IMG/VR virus record: IMGVR_UViG_3300017991_000064
Span: 32,001 to 96,000 of that record
DNA from: a virus
Length of the DNA: 64,000 bases
Reading direction: 5' to 3' (one strand)
Part shown: positions 27,456-38,133 of the stretch, in pieces
Numbering within the stretch: position 1 is the first letter of the stretch
Layout: each line of letters starts with the position of its first letter
Notes under the pieces: model-generated
Told to the model about the DNA's origin: nothing
Seen by the model: only the letters and a program-made list of their open reading frames with translations
Databases searched by the model: none
Position numbers and translations under genes: made by a program

Positions 27456-30400
27456 TTACGGGTTACTTGCTTCTGTTGCCGTCCATGTTATTTCTCTTGA
27501 ACCACCAGTATTGTCAACAACATAGTAAATGAACCCATCTTTATCAGCTTCCTGAACCCCAAATGAGCCACCTATATACATCCATGACATACCACTGTAA
27601 TATGATTTGGGAGTAATGGTAACTATAACATCATCACTACCAAATGCAGTGCTAAAAGAAACTTCTGTTGTTGTGTATGTACCCATACTGGCATTTATCT
27701 CATCTGTTCCACTCTTGACAGTAGGAATCACAAGTTCAACATCATCAATCTTGTATACACCAGTAATGTTGATATTACCGTCCACATCAAGAACTTCAGC
27801 AGGTGCAAGATCATTGATACCAACCTTACCCCCCATGATTGCCATAGTGCTTGCTTGTGTAAGTGTCGGTGTTGTATTATAGTCTAAACTGAAACCAATT
27901 GAATACTGAGCATCTGAATCCGTAGTACCTACAATTATTCCGGCTCCTAATGCTATAGAATTTGCACTTCTAGCCGTGTTAGATGCTCCCAATGCTACAG
28001 AATTTGCACCAGAAGCAGTTGACCCGCTTCCAATTGAAAGTGAATAAGCACCAGTAGCATCAGCCTGATTGCCAACAGCAAATGAGTATATGCCAGATGC
28101 TTTTGTGTTATATCCCAACGCATTGGAAAGAAAGCCGATATTGGCATCATCCCAGTCTGTAGATGAACTACGACCTGCTCTAAAAGCTCCTTTTGACTTA
28201 TCAAAGAAAAATCTATAGTCATGGTCAGAATCACCATCATCGGCAAGTTGCGGTGAACCCCATACAAAATCATCAGTTGAATATGTTACTTCACTGGAGT
28301 TTGCCCTGACAACAGTACCGGCTTTTTCCCAGTATGAAGTTCCACCGCCACCGGCAGCAAGTTCAGCAAGGGTTTTATCCCCTGTAACTCCGTCTGATAG
28401 TACAAGATTTCCACTGCCATCTTGGAATAGGTCAAATGAGCCAGAACCACCATGAAATGCCGTTGCTTCAATAGTTCCTGAAACTTCCAGTGTTCCAGAT
28501 GGGGGGTTGATTGTATCTGACCTCAAGGCTGTTGCTTCAACAGTACCACCTACAGAAAGCTCATATGAGGGAGTCAGGTCTGCAATACCAACCTTACCTC
28601 TCATAATTGCTAAAGTATTGTCCTGAGAAAGAGTTGAAGATGAAGCAGCAAGATTGATAAGCATTGAGTTATCTGCACTACTATCAACAGTAGCATTACA
28701 ACCCAAAGCAACACCATTACCCCCGTTGGCATTATTACCATAACCAAGAGCAACACCGCCCCAACCTGCAACCTCACACTGATAACCGATAGCAGTTGCA
28801 TAATTGTTTGTAGCCTGTGACTGATACCCCATAGCTACAGCAGCATCAGCGGTAGCATCAGAAGCATATCCAGCGGCAAAAGCATAACTGTCACTGGCAG
28901 CACAATCATCACCGAAAGCAGCCGACCATGATCCTCTGTTAGCATCATCCCAATTCACAGAGTTACAGTACCCAGCCCGGAAAGCAGCTTTACTATCATC
29001 AAAGAAAAACCGCCTGTCTTTGGTTGCGTGTATCTGTCTGTTAAGTGTTGGAGAACCAAACACAAAGTCATTATTGTAGGTTGTATCTGATTCCCTGACC
29101 ACATCTGAATCTTCCTCAAAGACACCACCTGCTACTGCTTCACTTGTCCATTCTCCAGAAGCATCATCATAGGTTAAAACATCATTATCAGAAGGATTTG
29201 ATACATCTACATCAGATAGATCATCAAGTGTTACTGATGAAAGTATTGTATTAACCTCATCCGTTAAACCTACATACTGACCCTCAAGATAAACAGCTTT
29301 CAAAGTACCTTCGACTTCGACTGATCCGGCATTAAGATAAAGTTTTTGATTTGCTACACTATTATCAAAAATACCGTAAATCAATGAAGTATCACGAGCG
29401 TTTGATTCACTATCACGAGGATAAATGTCAATAAAGAGTTTATTACTCCCCGTTTCATAATACCCTGCATCATTACCAAGAAAGATATTATTTGATCCGG
29501 TAGTGTTAGTATAACCAGCACGATAACCTAATGCTGTATTAGCATTACCAGAGGTAATATTTGTCAAGCTATTATACCCGATTGCAGTATTTTTATTACT
29601 ATTACAATCAGCTAATGCTAATGAACCTATAGCTGTATTCTCATCTCCGGTGGTCACAGTATTTAATGAGTTATAACCTACTCCAACATTACTGAACCCC
29701 TCGGTGATTTCCGTTCCAGCATAAGCACCTATTCCGGTATTATTATAGCCACTGGTAACATCTTGTAGAGTATAGCTTCCGATACCTATATTGCTCTGAC
29801 CCGTTTGAGTAAAATTACCAGCCTGAACACCAAGAAATAATGAAGACCCAGAACCTGTGTAAGTATGAAGCAATCTTTCACCATTCTGGGATATAACTCC
29901 TACATATTGCCCTGATGTAGTAGGTAAACTTGCATATCCAGTAATTTCAAGAGAATCAACCTTAACATTGCCAACATTATTATTGACAATATCATCTCCA
30001 TCAGCATCCCAATATGTAGTACCTGCTACTGCTTCACTTGTCCATTCTCCAGTTCCAGAGTCATAAACAAGAGCCTCACCGTCCTCTGGGGAAGCAACAT
30101 TGACATCACCAAGATCATTCAAGTCAAGATCAATAGCAGCAATAGCGGTTTCGATTGTGGAATCCGCTTCCGCTTTGGTATAGGTTTCTGATTCAGTGTA
30201 ATAACGATTGTCCAACTGTCCATTGTCAAGTTCCGTCTGCGTGTAAACCTCTGTAGAGTTGTAACTGTAAGAATCTATTACACCTTCAATCTCGGCATCC
30301 GTTCTGATCTTGCCATCAATGACAGCCTGAGAGTAGGTATATGCTTCGATGGTACTGTCTGTTTGAGCTTTAGTATAAGCATCAACAGCAGGAATAACCT

Positions 30401-32093
30401 CTGATGTCCACTCACCAGTTCCGCCATCATAGGTCAATACATCATTGTCACTTGGAGCAGAAACATTAACATCAGACAGTCCTGCAAGATCTTTGTTCCA
30501 AACTTCAACCGTCCACTCTCCGGGTGTATGTGCATATCTTAAATAAGCATCGTCAAAACCGGGATAAGTGCTTGCATCAACATCTGATAGATTGTCGAGT
30601 GATTGGAGTATGTAATTACCAGTTGGGATATATACTCCTGTTGTTGAGTCCTTTTGATACCAACCTTCTGCCATTGGTACACCTTTTGTATCATCAGTGA
30701 ACAATACTTGACTATTATCAGTAGTAATAGTTTCATCCCATGATGCACCATTATATTCATAGATATTTCCAGCAGTCCAACCGTTACCTGCAACTAAACA
30801 AGCATAACGATCACCTGTGGATGGTGCAATAGGAAGAATACCAGCAGCAACCCAAGCATTGAGGACATCAGGATATATAATTTGCTGTTCATCTTTGGTG
30901 TATACCTCAGTAGAGTTGTAGCTGTAGGAATCAATGATAGTTTCAACTTCTGATGTATTTGTACCACTTGCTATAGCTTCACTTGTCCATTCACCGGAAG
31001 CAGTATCATAAGTAAGAACATCATTATCACTGGGGGCAGAAACATTAACATCAGAAAGATCACCTAATGCATAGTTCGCAAGTGCAGTATCAATCTCAGA
31101 TTTACTGTATGCATAGGTTTCAATGGTGCTGTCCGTTTCTGCTTTTGTATAGGTGGTTGTCGTATCTGCCTTATCATCCAGCAAATTATCAGTTTCTGTT
31201 TGCGTGTAGACCTCTGTAGAATTGTAGGAGTAGGCATCAATGATATTTTCTACAGTAGAATCTAAATCAGTAATGGTGTCAGCCTGATTTACAATACCGT
31301 CATCATTAGTATCATAAGTAGACTTCTCCATATCACCTGTACCAATAGCAGGTTTATTGGTGACATTATCCCAGTGAAGTTGTGCCTGTCCTGATGTCTG
31401 CATATTTGTCTGTGTGTAGTAATCAGCAGGGTCAATATAAGCCTCAATGGTTGAATCTGTTTCAGCCTTTGTATACACATCTGAGGCACTAGCAAAATCT
31501 GATACAGCGGAACCACTATCCTTGATATTGCCAGAGGCATCAAGAGATACAAGGTTGTCCTCTGTACCTGCTGAAACTATATCTGCTTTGTCATCCAACA
31601 GATTATCTGTTTCTGTTTCAGAATAAGCATAGGTTTCTATTGTAGAATCTGTTTCTGCTTTGGTATATACATCTGTTGCATTGGCCTTATCATCCAGTAA
31701 ATTGTCTGTTTCTGTTTGAGTATAGACATCAGCTTTAGGATAAGCATAGGCTTCAACTGTTGCATCTACCTCAACCTTAGTGTAAGTAGTAATTACATCA
31801 GCTTTATCATCCAACAGATTATTGGTTTCAGTCTGAGTATAATAATCTGAGGGATCAATGTAAGCCTCGATTGTAGCATCTACCTGAGTTCTAGTATACC
31901 CCTCTGCCGTATCCAAGAAGTTTTCATCTACTTCTGGAGCCAACTTGTCCAGTGTAACTGCTGTATCCTGAATAGAATCAGTTACAACTGTATCTTCTGG
32001 GGCATCAGGGGGATTTCTCAACCCCAATACTGGAAGACACAGCGACAGCAAAATTAATGTAATGAGTGTTAAGCGTTTGTACTTGTCGTTCAT
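27456..32093 (-). CDS. Giant fibre/adhesin-like repeat protein with signal peptide (1545 aa)
   Basis: Signal-like N-terminus, YTKAETD repeats, LDDLSDV..P.D..VL.YD...GEW repeats, NTAIGY and YadA-head-like (A.G..S.A.G) repeats, and an H-type-lectin-like C-terminus. Confidence 0.75.
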   Translation of the reverse strand: MNDKYKRLTLITLILLSLCLPVLGLRNPPDAPEDTVVTDSIQDTAVTLDKLAPEVDENFLDTAEGYTRTQVDATIEAYIDPSDYYTQTETNNLLDDKADVITTYTKVEVDATVEAYAYPKADVYTQTETDNLLDDKANATDVYTKAETDSTIETYAYSETETDNLLDDKADIVSAGTEDNLVSLDASGNIKDSGSAVSDFASASDVYTKAETDSTIEAYIDPADYYTQTNMQTSGQAQLHWDNVTNKPAIGTGDMEKSTYDTNDDGIVNQADTITDLDSTVENIIDAYSYNSTEVYTQTETDNLLDDKADTTTTYTKAETDSTIETYAYSKSEIDTALANYALGDLSDVNVSAPSDNDVLTYDTASGEWTSEAIASGTNTSEVETIIDSYSYNSTEVYTKDEQQIIYPDVLNAWVAAGILPIAPSTGDRYACLVAGNGWTAGNIYEYNGASWDETITTDNSQVLFTDDTKGVPMAEGWYQKDSTTGVYIPTGNYILQSLDNLSDVDASTYPGFDDAYLRYAHTPGEWTVEVWNKDLAGLSDVNVSAPSDNDVLTYDGGTGEWTSEVIPAVDAYTKAQTDSTIEAYTYSQAVIDGKIRTDAEIEGVIDSYSYNSTEVYTQTELDNGQLDNRYYTESETYTKAEADSTIETAIAAIDLDLNDLGDVNVASPEDGEALVYDSGTGEWTSEAVAGTTYWDADGDDIVNNNVGNVKVDSLEITGYASLPTTSGQYVGVISQNGERLLHTYTGSGSSLFLGVQAGNFTQTGQSNIGIGSYTLQDVTSGYNNTGIGAYAGTEITEGFSNVGVGYNSLNTVTTGDENTAIGSLALADCNSNKNTAIGYNSLTNITSGNANTALGYRAGYTNTTGSNNIFLGNDAGYYETGSNKLFIDIYPRDSESNARDTSLIYGIFDNSVANQKLYLNAGSVEVEGTLKAVYLEGQYVGLTDEVNTILSSVTLDDLSDVDVSNPSDNDVLTYDDASGEWTSEAVAGGVFEEDSDVVRESDTTYNNDFVFGSPTLNRQIHATKDRRFFFDDSKAAFRAGYCNSVNWDDANRGSWSAAFGDDCAASDSYAFAAGYASDATADAAVAMGYQSQATNNYATAIGYQCEVAGWGGVALGYGNNANGGNGVALGCNATVDSSADNSMLINLAASSSTLSQDNTLAIMRGKVGIADLTPSYELSVGGTVEATALRSDTINPPSGTLEVSGTIEATAFHGGSGSFDLFQDGSGNLVLSDGVTGDKTLAELAAGGGGTSYWEKAGTVVRANSSEVTYSTDDFVWGSPQLADDGDSDHDYRFFFDKSKGAFRAGRSSSTDWDDANIGFLSNALGYNTKASGIYSFAVGNQADATGAYSLSIGSGSTASGANSVALGASNTARSANSIALGAGIIVGTTDSDAQYSIGFSLDYNTTPTLTQASTMAIMGGKVGINDLAPAEVLDVDGNINITGVYKIDDVELVIPTVKSGTDEINASMGTYTTTEVSFSTAFGSDDVIVTITPKSYYSGMSWMYIGGSFGVQEADKDGFIYYVVDNTGGSREITWTATEASNP

Positions 32094-32104
32094 TTCATCC
32101 CCCT

Positions 32105-35100
32105 TTACAGGTTTTCATCGTATGAGTAATAAATGGTAATGGCTTCACCACCACTTAAACCCGTAATAACAACATTGTGTTTATCCCCGCTGATAGTAAA
32201 ATCAGAAGGATAATATTGAATGGTGTCATCAACTGTAACCCACGGAATACCTTCCATCTTCCTTGAGGCATCAGCATCACATGGATAATTGGTTACACCA
32301 TTAACACCTACTTCCAGTGTCCAGCCGTTGACGATCTTTGGAATCTTTCTTGCTATCCACTGATTAGAATTATTCCTGATAAGAATTTCATCAGAAGCAA
32401 CTCCCAAGATACTTACATCATTGAGATCGGCAAGTGTAATAGCAGCAGCGAAAGTTTCAATAGTGGAATCAGTTTCCGCTTTGGTGTAAACCTCTGTGCT
32501 GTTATAAGAATAATCGTCAATGATACCTTCTATTTCAGCATCCGTTCTGATCTTGCCATCAATGACAGCCTGAGAGTAAGTGTATGCTTCAATAGTTGAA
32601 TCTGTTTCAGACTTTGTATATATTTCTGTGCTGTTGTAACTGTAGGCATCAATAACCGTTTCTACATCACTCGCATCCAGTATCACATCATTATCAAGAT
32701 GTGTCCTGATTTCAGCAGCGGTGGAGTTATTCACACCATCATACACAACCTCTGCGGAATCGGATATGCCGTTGTCGTTTTTGTCATACTGAGCCTTGAG
32801 CATATCACCAGCACCTGTGACAGTTTCCGATGTCCATTCTCCTGCTCCATCATCCCAAACTAAAGATTCACCATCACTGGGAGTGGAAACATTGACATTA
32901 GAGAGGTCATTGAGAACCCGATTGTCTATCTCTGTTTTTGTATAAACCTCAGTAGAGTTATACGAGTAATCATCAATGATACCTTCTATTTCAGAAGTGG
33001 TTTTTCCTGATGGAGCATCAACATTTTCCCATTCAGAGGCACTGTCATTCCATGCCATCATCTGACCATCTGTAGCACTGCCTACATTGACATCCCCGAG
33101 ATCATCAATGCTTGCATCAGCAATAACGGCTTCAATGGCAGTCTTTGAAAGCAGTGTTACAGTACCACCACCAGTAAATGTCCCACCGTTATCAAGGAAT
33201 GATGAATAAGTTTCGGAATCCATTGGATGTCCACCGCTTCCAGAAATATTTCCACCCTTCCACTTACAGTCAATTAGACCGCCCGGTGGAATGTAATCGG
33301 TGAATGTTCCATCAATACCATTACTGATTTCACACTGTACCAGTCTGCCATATGAAGCTACCTCTATGGTTTCATCAAATTCACAGTTCTGGGCCTCAAG
33401 AAGATTTCCAGCAGAGGCATCCATATCAAATGCAGCATCAAACATACAATCACGCAGGAACATATTAAGGTTGCCAGCATTGCCAGAACCATCCATATCC
33501 CCGATAACCTTCAACTGATTTGCATGGAACTCTTTGCTGGAAGAAGCCCCACCTGACCAGTTGATATCACCAGACACTATGAATCCACAACCATATGAGG
33601 GGTGAGTTGTAGAAGTGGTGGAAGGGGTCAGCGTTCCAATATAGAAAGTTTGTCTGCGTTCCCCGTAATCCTGAGTATCATCAAAGTTTATTGTGATATC
33701 TCTCGGAGTAGTTGAGGCATAGTATGTTCCAACACCATCACCGAGAACAACCGGGCCTATACCAATCAAGGACACACTGATATTTATACCCACTGACAGG
33801 CTTTCATCATACCTTCCAGCATAAATCAAGATAACATCCCTTTGAGCAAGCTCTGTGGCCCCACTGGAAGGTTGTGTGATATTACTCAATGCTCCCTGTA
33901 TAGTTTTCCACGGGAATCTCTCTGAACCATCCTCGGTATAAGAATCGGTACGGTTTCCATCAACCCACTGAACCCTTGTAACCTCATAAGTATCAGTTAT
34001 AAGGTTACTGATATCAGTGTTCTTCCACTCAGAACTTACAGCATCCCAATACATCACCTGATCCTGTTGTAATGAGGTAAATGAAACATCACCAAGATCA
34101 TTCAGGTCAAGATCAACCAGTTTTGTAATGGTAAGTGCTGCTCCTGTTATGGCCCCATTGTCAGCGAACCACTTTGCAGATACATCATCCATTGTGCAGG
34201 TTTTTGGTGCTGAAAGATTAATTTCCGTTTTTCGGAAGAAACAATCAGTGAAATTACCTACAGCATAAGTTGTATCAAAGTTATTGCACTCAATCTCCAC
34301 GGTATTATTAGCTCCCCACTCATCAGAACTAAACTGACAATCACGGATGCTAACTATGGTAGAGGCATCAAAATCCGGCCCCATGAACCTACAACCCTTA
34401 ACCTGCTGCCAGTAAAAAGATGAACCCGTTACTGATCCAGACACTGAACTATCTTTCATATAGATAACACTTGTACCAGTACCAGACTCTTCTGAAAAAT
34501 CTCCAGTAATCCTTGTATGGGTTAAGATTCTATCATGGGTTGTCGACCCTGTTTTCCCTGATTCAACCTGTAAGTGCAAATTACCGTCAATGGTAAAACC
34601 AGACTGCTTAGAAGGATGAGTTCCGTTCCCAAAAGCTATCCCATTAAAAGAAGGAACAGCCCGGAAGGTTCCAGAGGATACCCCGTACTCATACTCAGCA
34701 GCTATCTCCTGCGTAACATTTCCAGTGAAAGTAACCCCACCTACAATATGCTGAATAGAACGATAAGGAACTATCTCACTACCTGTAAGTGTGTATTCAC
34801 CCGGAGCAAAGATAGCCTTAAACCTCTGCTGATACTCTGCTGCTGATCCAGCCTGTCCAATTTCAGTCCAGAGCTTGCCCGGAGTAGCCCACGGATTAGA
34901 GAATGAACCATCACCAGTTGTATCGTTCCCGTTTGGAGCAATATAGTATGTCCTATAGAAGCTGGTATCCATTGAGATAGCTTCACTTGTCCATTCACTT
35001 TCGGAGTCATTCCAAACAAGGCTTTCCCCATCAGAAGGAGATGATACATTAACATCATCCAGATCATTCAGATTAACAGGAACCTCAGCTGTATCGGCTT

Positions 35101-37579
35101 TATCAATATCAAGCTGGTCGATTGCTGCTTTAACATTGGCCCCGGTAACTGTTCCACTGTATACAACCCTTGAAGCATCATCCACATAGGTTGTAGCAGA
35201 GGGGGTTCCACCTGACAGGCTAGAACTTGCATCCAGATAGAGATTTGCCGGAGTAGTACAGTGAATCTCCGATTTGTCAAAACCATAGATTGTAGCACTT
35301 CCGTCATTTAGAGTCAGTGCTTTTGTACCGCCCCATTTCTTGACATTATGGCAAACAACTATACACTCATGTCCACCACAAGAAATAGCATTACCATTAG
35401 CACTAGCACCACCTGTGATATATCCTACATTACTTAATTCAATGTAATTATCACCTGATGCAGTATACAAAGAACCAGAGGTACTATTACGGCAGTAGAT
35501 AATGAGGTTTTCAAACTTAACATTATCACCATACCATGCTCCGGCTCCATTAGACCAGAACAAAGTAGTTCCAACTACAGTATCGCTTAATACCCCTCTG
35601 AAAGTAATGTTTGAAACATCCTTTGAAGCAGGAGTAAAAGCAATCTGTCCACTACAAACTATTGTTCCACCGCCCTTAGAAGCAACATAATCAATAGCAT
35701 TGTGGATATTGGAATAATCAGCACCAGAAGAAGCACAGGTAACTGTTACATTGGTTTTGGAAGCATCAGGAATAGAACCGATACTAGCCCCACTGTCCTT
35801 GATGTTACCCGAACCATCAATTGTAACTACATTGTTCTCAGTGCCTCCACTGATGATATCTGCTTTATCATCCAGCAAATTGTCTGTTTCAGTCTGAGTG
35901 TATATCTCAGTGCTGTTGTATGAATAATCATCAATGATTGTTTCAACCTCTGATGTGTTTGTCCCGCTGGCTACACTACTGTTCTGCCATTCTCCCGCCC
36001 CATCATTCCAGACAAGAGCCTGACCATCTGTGGGGGAACCAGCATTGACATCGGACAGATCATCGAGGACTGCTGATGTATCCAGTTTCCCGGAAAGTTC
36101 AGTGCTGATTTTATCGGATGACCAGACCTCTGCAACATCAGTAGTACTGTCATCAAGTTCACGGGGTCTGTAGTTTTCCCCCAGTGTGCCGGAGTTCAAA
36201 AGGGTCAGACTGCCACGGGGGAGGTGCTGAACAAAGTTCACACCATAATGCGCCCCCCAACTCGGTTTTGATCCTGCATCATCCCAGTCAACAGTAATGT
36301 CACCGGAAGATTCAGAACCCTCATACCAGATACCAGCCGTCTGCTCATAGAGCATATCGCCTGTTATGTAGGTATTCTGGTAATCAATTCCATTTACAAT
36401 ATTGGAATGGATTGATTTTGAACCCCCAAGGCGGCAGTCCATAAACTGAAGCTCATTACCGCCCAGACTTGTTCCAGCTATACCTTGAATAAGAACACCG
36501 TATTCTCCGGCATCAGTGGACTGAATGGAAAAGCCCTTGATCTTCATATCCCACGGTTCTGGGTCAACACCGTTGTCGGCTATGATAAGGGCATTACCAG
36601 CATAATGCCACTGAGAAACACCTTGACCGTATCCAATCAAATGAATCCCCGCCATGTCCACAGTAACCTGTTCGGTAAATTTTCCGAGAATATCAATAAC
36701 CACCGGGTCAATGGCTGTAGGTGTCATTGTTTCAGCGACAGAATAAGCATGAGCGATAGTAAGGAAAGGATCAATTTCAGAACCTGTTCCAGCATCACTA
36801 CCGTCTATCCGTACATACAGAACTCGGTGTGCTTCTTTTACCACATCAATAATCGAATCAATTTCAGATTCAGAATAAGCATATGCTTCAATGGTTGCAT
36901 CAGTTTCTGCTTTGGTATAAGCTACACCAACATCTGCTTTACCCGAAAGAAGTGAATCAACTTCACCACTATTGTAAAGGTCACTCTTTGTATAATAATC
37001 AGAAGCACCAAAACCTGAATCGGAAGCATCACCACCTGCGGTAAGTCCAACAAAGTTACCGGGAACTGGCCCCGTAACCTGATTCATCTTGCCAGTAATC
37101 TCAATATCAAGATCAGTAATATTGACCTCAACATTGTCATCCTTAAAAAAGAGTTTTCCAGTAACGGGATCAAACCATGCTAAAGCTGAAGTTGTGCCAA
37201 TCTCAACCGTATTAGCTTTCAGGGTATGACATTCGACTGTAGTTACCGCTGATAACTTTTGACATTCCAGAGTGCCGAGATTAGTAATAGCAAGACCATC
37301 AAAATCCCAGTCAGCAGTAGGTTCGTGCGTACCATCCCTGCGAGTATAGTCGCTAAGGTCAACTTCAACTGTTACCCCAGAGATATCAGTAACATAAAGG
37401 TGTTCGACCTCTATTGTACCGAAAACATTTGCTTCTCTAGTTCCTTCCCGAATAAGCCTATCAGTTGGCATAGAGTCAACATCTATTCTAGTCCCTGGTA
37501 TTGGTACCAGACAGAAAGCACTCTGTATAGTTACCAGGAGGAACAGGAAAGCAAGCCATAAAATTTTTCCACGTGTCAT
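32105..37579 (-). CDS. Giant fibre/adhesin-like protein with signal peptide and beta-helix modules (1824 aa)
   Basis: Signal-like N-terminus. Repeated YV...G.D..G.GS...P[FW].T pectin-lyase-like module starts. Same linker repeats as the neighbouring gene. Confidence 0.75.
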   Translation of the reverse strand: MTRGKILWLAFLFLLVTIQSAFCLVPIPGTRIDVDSMPTDRLIREGTREANVFGTIEVEHLYVTDISGVTVEVDLSDYTRRDGTHEPTADWDFDGLAITNLGTLECQKLSAVTTVECHTLKANTVEIGTTSALAWFDPVTGKLFFKDDNVEVNITDLDIEITGKMNQVTGPVPGNFVGLTAGGDASDSGFGASDYYTKSDLYNSGEVDSLLSGKADVGVAYTKAETDATIEAYAYSESEIDSIIDVVKEAHRVLYVRIDGSDAGTGSEIDPFLTIAHAYSVAETMTPTAIDPVVIDILGKFTEQVTVDMAGIHLIGYGQGVSQWHYAGNALIIADNGVDPEPWDMKIKGFSIQSTDAGEYGVLIQGIAGTSLGGNELQFMDCRLGGSKSIHSNIVNGIDYQNTYITGDMLYEQTAGIWYEGSESSGDITVDWDDAGSKPSWGAHYGVNFVQHLPRGSLTLLNSGTLGENYRPRELDDSTTDVAEVWSSDKISTELSGKLDTSAVLDDLSDVNAGSPTDGQALVWNDGAGEWQNSSVASGTNTSEVETIIDDYSYNSTEIYTQTETDNLLDDKADIISGGTENNVVTIDGSGNIKDSGASIGSIPDASKTNVTVTCASSGADYSNIHNAIDYVASKGGGTIVCSGQIAFTPASKDVSNITFRGVLSDTVVGTTLFWSNGAGAWYGDNVKFENLIIYCRNSTSGSLYTASGDNYIELSNVGYITGGASANGNAISCGGHECIVVCHNVKKWGGTKALTLNDGSATIYGFDKSEIHCTTPANLYLDASSSLSGGTPSATTYVDDASRVVYSGTVTGANVKAAIDQLDIDKADTAEVPVNLNDLDDVNVSSPSDGESLVWNDSESEWTSEAISMDTSFYRTYYIAPNGNDTTGDGSFSNPWATPGKLWTEIGQAGSAAEYQQRFKAIFAPGEYTLTGSEIVPYRSIQHIVGGVTFTGNVTQEIAAEYEYGVSSGTFRAVPSFNGIAFGNGTHPSKQSGFTIDGNLHLQVESGKTGSTTHDRILTHTRITGDFSEESGTGTSVIYMKDSSVSGSVTGSSFYWQQVKGCRFMGPDFDASTIVSIRDCQFSSDEWGANNTVEIECNNFDTTYAVGNFTDCFFRKTEINLSAPKTCTMDDVSAKWFADNGAITGAALTITKLVDLDLNDLGDVSFTSLQQDQVMYWDAVSSEWKNTDISNLITDTYEVTRVQWVDGNRTDSYTEDGSERFPWKTIQGALSNITQPSSGATELAQRDVILIYAGRYDESLSVGINISVSLIGIGPVVLGDGVGTYYASTTPRDITINFDDTQDYGERRQTFYIGTLTPSTTSTTHPSYGCGFIVSGDINWSGGASSSKEFHANQLKVIGDMDGSGNAGNLNMFLRDCMFDAAFDMDASAGNLLEAQNCEFDETIEVASYGRLVQCEISNGIDGTFTDYIPPGGLIDCKWKGGNISGSGGHPMDSETYSSFLDNGGTFTGGGTVTLLSKTAIEAVIADASIDDLGDVNVGSATDGQMMAWNDSASEWENVDAPSGKTTSEIEGIIDDYSYNSTEVYTKTEIDNRVLNDLSNVNVSTPSDGESLVWDDGAGEWTSETVTGAGDMLKAQYDKNDNGISDSAEVVYDGVNNSTAAEIRTHLDNDVILDASDVETVIDAYSYNSTEIYTKSETDSTIEAYTYSQAVIDGKIRTDAEIEGIIDDYSYNSTEVYTKAETDSTIETFAAAITLADLNDVSILGVASDEILIRNNSNQWIARKIPKIVNGWTLEVGVNGVTNYPCDADASRKMEGIPWVTVDDTIQYYPSDFTISGDKHNVVITGLSGGEAITIYYSYDENL

Positions 37580-37599
37580 AATATTTCTTCCTCCTTACA

Positions 37600-38022
37600 T
37601 TACTTCTTGTAAAGCACTATTACGTTCTGACCAGCAGTTAATGCCGGAGTAAATGTAATAGTGGGGTTTGGGGAAGCAGCTTTGTCTATAGTGTATACAC
37701 CAGTGAGAGGTTGTACTGTGCCTCCTATCTCCCATACAATAGCCCTATTCTCATGCGGGGTTCCATCCGTTAGTGGATAGGTAGCACTACCATCACCATT
37801 AACTTCACAGAATCCCATTCCGTGGCCGGGAATAGCAGCAGCCAGCCCCAACCGTACTGAACCATCACTTTCATCAACTATCTTCCCTAGTATCTCATCT
37901 AGGTTTGTCTTCTCACCAATATCACCATCGGGTAATGGAGTATCAGTGAACTTAACTGTTAGATTCCTGTTGGCTACTAAGTAAATAAACTTGAGTAGCT
38001 TATCAAGAGCCCATTTGCTCAT
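37600..38022 (-). CDS. Small putative virion protein
   Basis: IGEKTNLDE motif shared with 38134..38475, and an Ig-like C-terminus (ITFTPAL.AGQNV). Confidence 0.5.
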   Translation of the reverse strand: MSKWALDKLLKFIYLVANRNLTVKFTDTPLPDGDIGEKTNLDEILGKIVDESDGSVRLGLAAAIPGHGMGFCEVNGDGSATYPLTDGTPHENRAIVWEIGGTVQPLTGVYTIDKAASPNPTITFTPALTAGQNVIVLYKK

Positions 38023-38092
38023 GTATTCCTCCCATGAAATTTATCGTTTGAAAATCTTTATTGGCATCGAGTATTGCAGATTTCGTTAGATA

Positions 38093-38120
38093 GGGGTTGG
38101 CCTGAGATTAGACCAACCCC
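38093..38120 (-). terminator. Hairpin / terminator
   Basis: GGGGTTGGTCT/AGGCCAACCCC stem. Confidence 0.55.
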
Positions 38121-38133
38121 ATTGATCGATCTC

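Noticed and set aside
29100-33100. Repeats in the giant genes as a CRISPR array or DGR template/variable repeats
   Set aside because: The repeats are in-frame protein modules with synonymous variation. There is no constant repeat-spacer period, no reverse transcriptase in the window, and no adenine-specific mismatch pattern seen.
38040-38070. TGCCA...ACGA on the - strand as a possible truncated fifth repeat copy
   Set aside because: Only the terminal few bases match, which is not distinguishable from chance.
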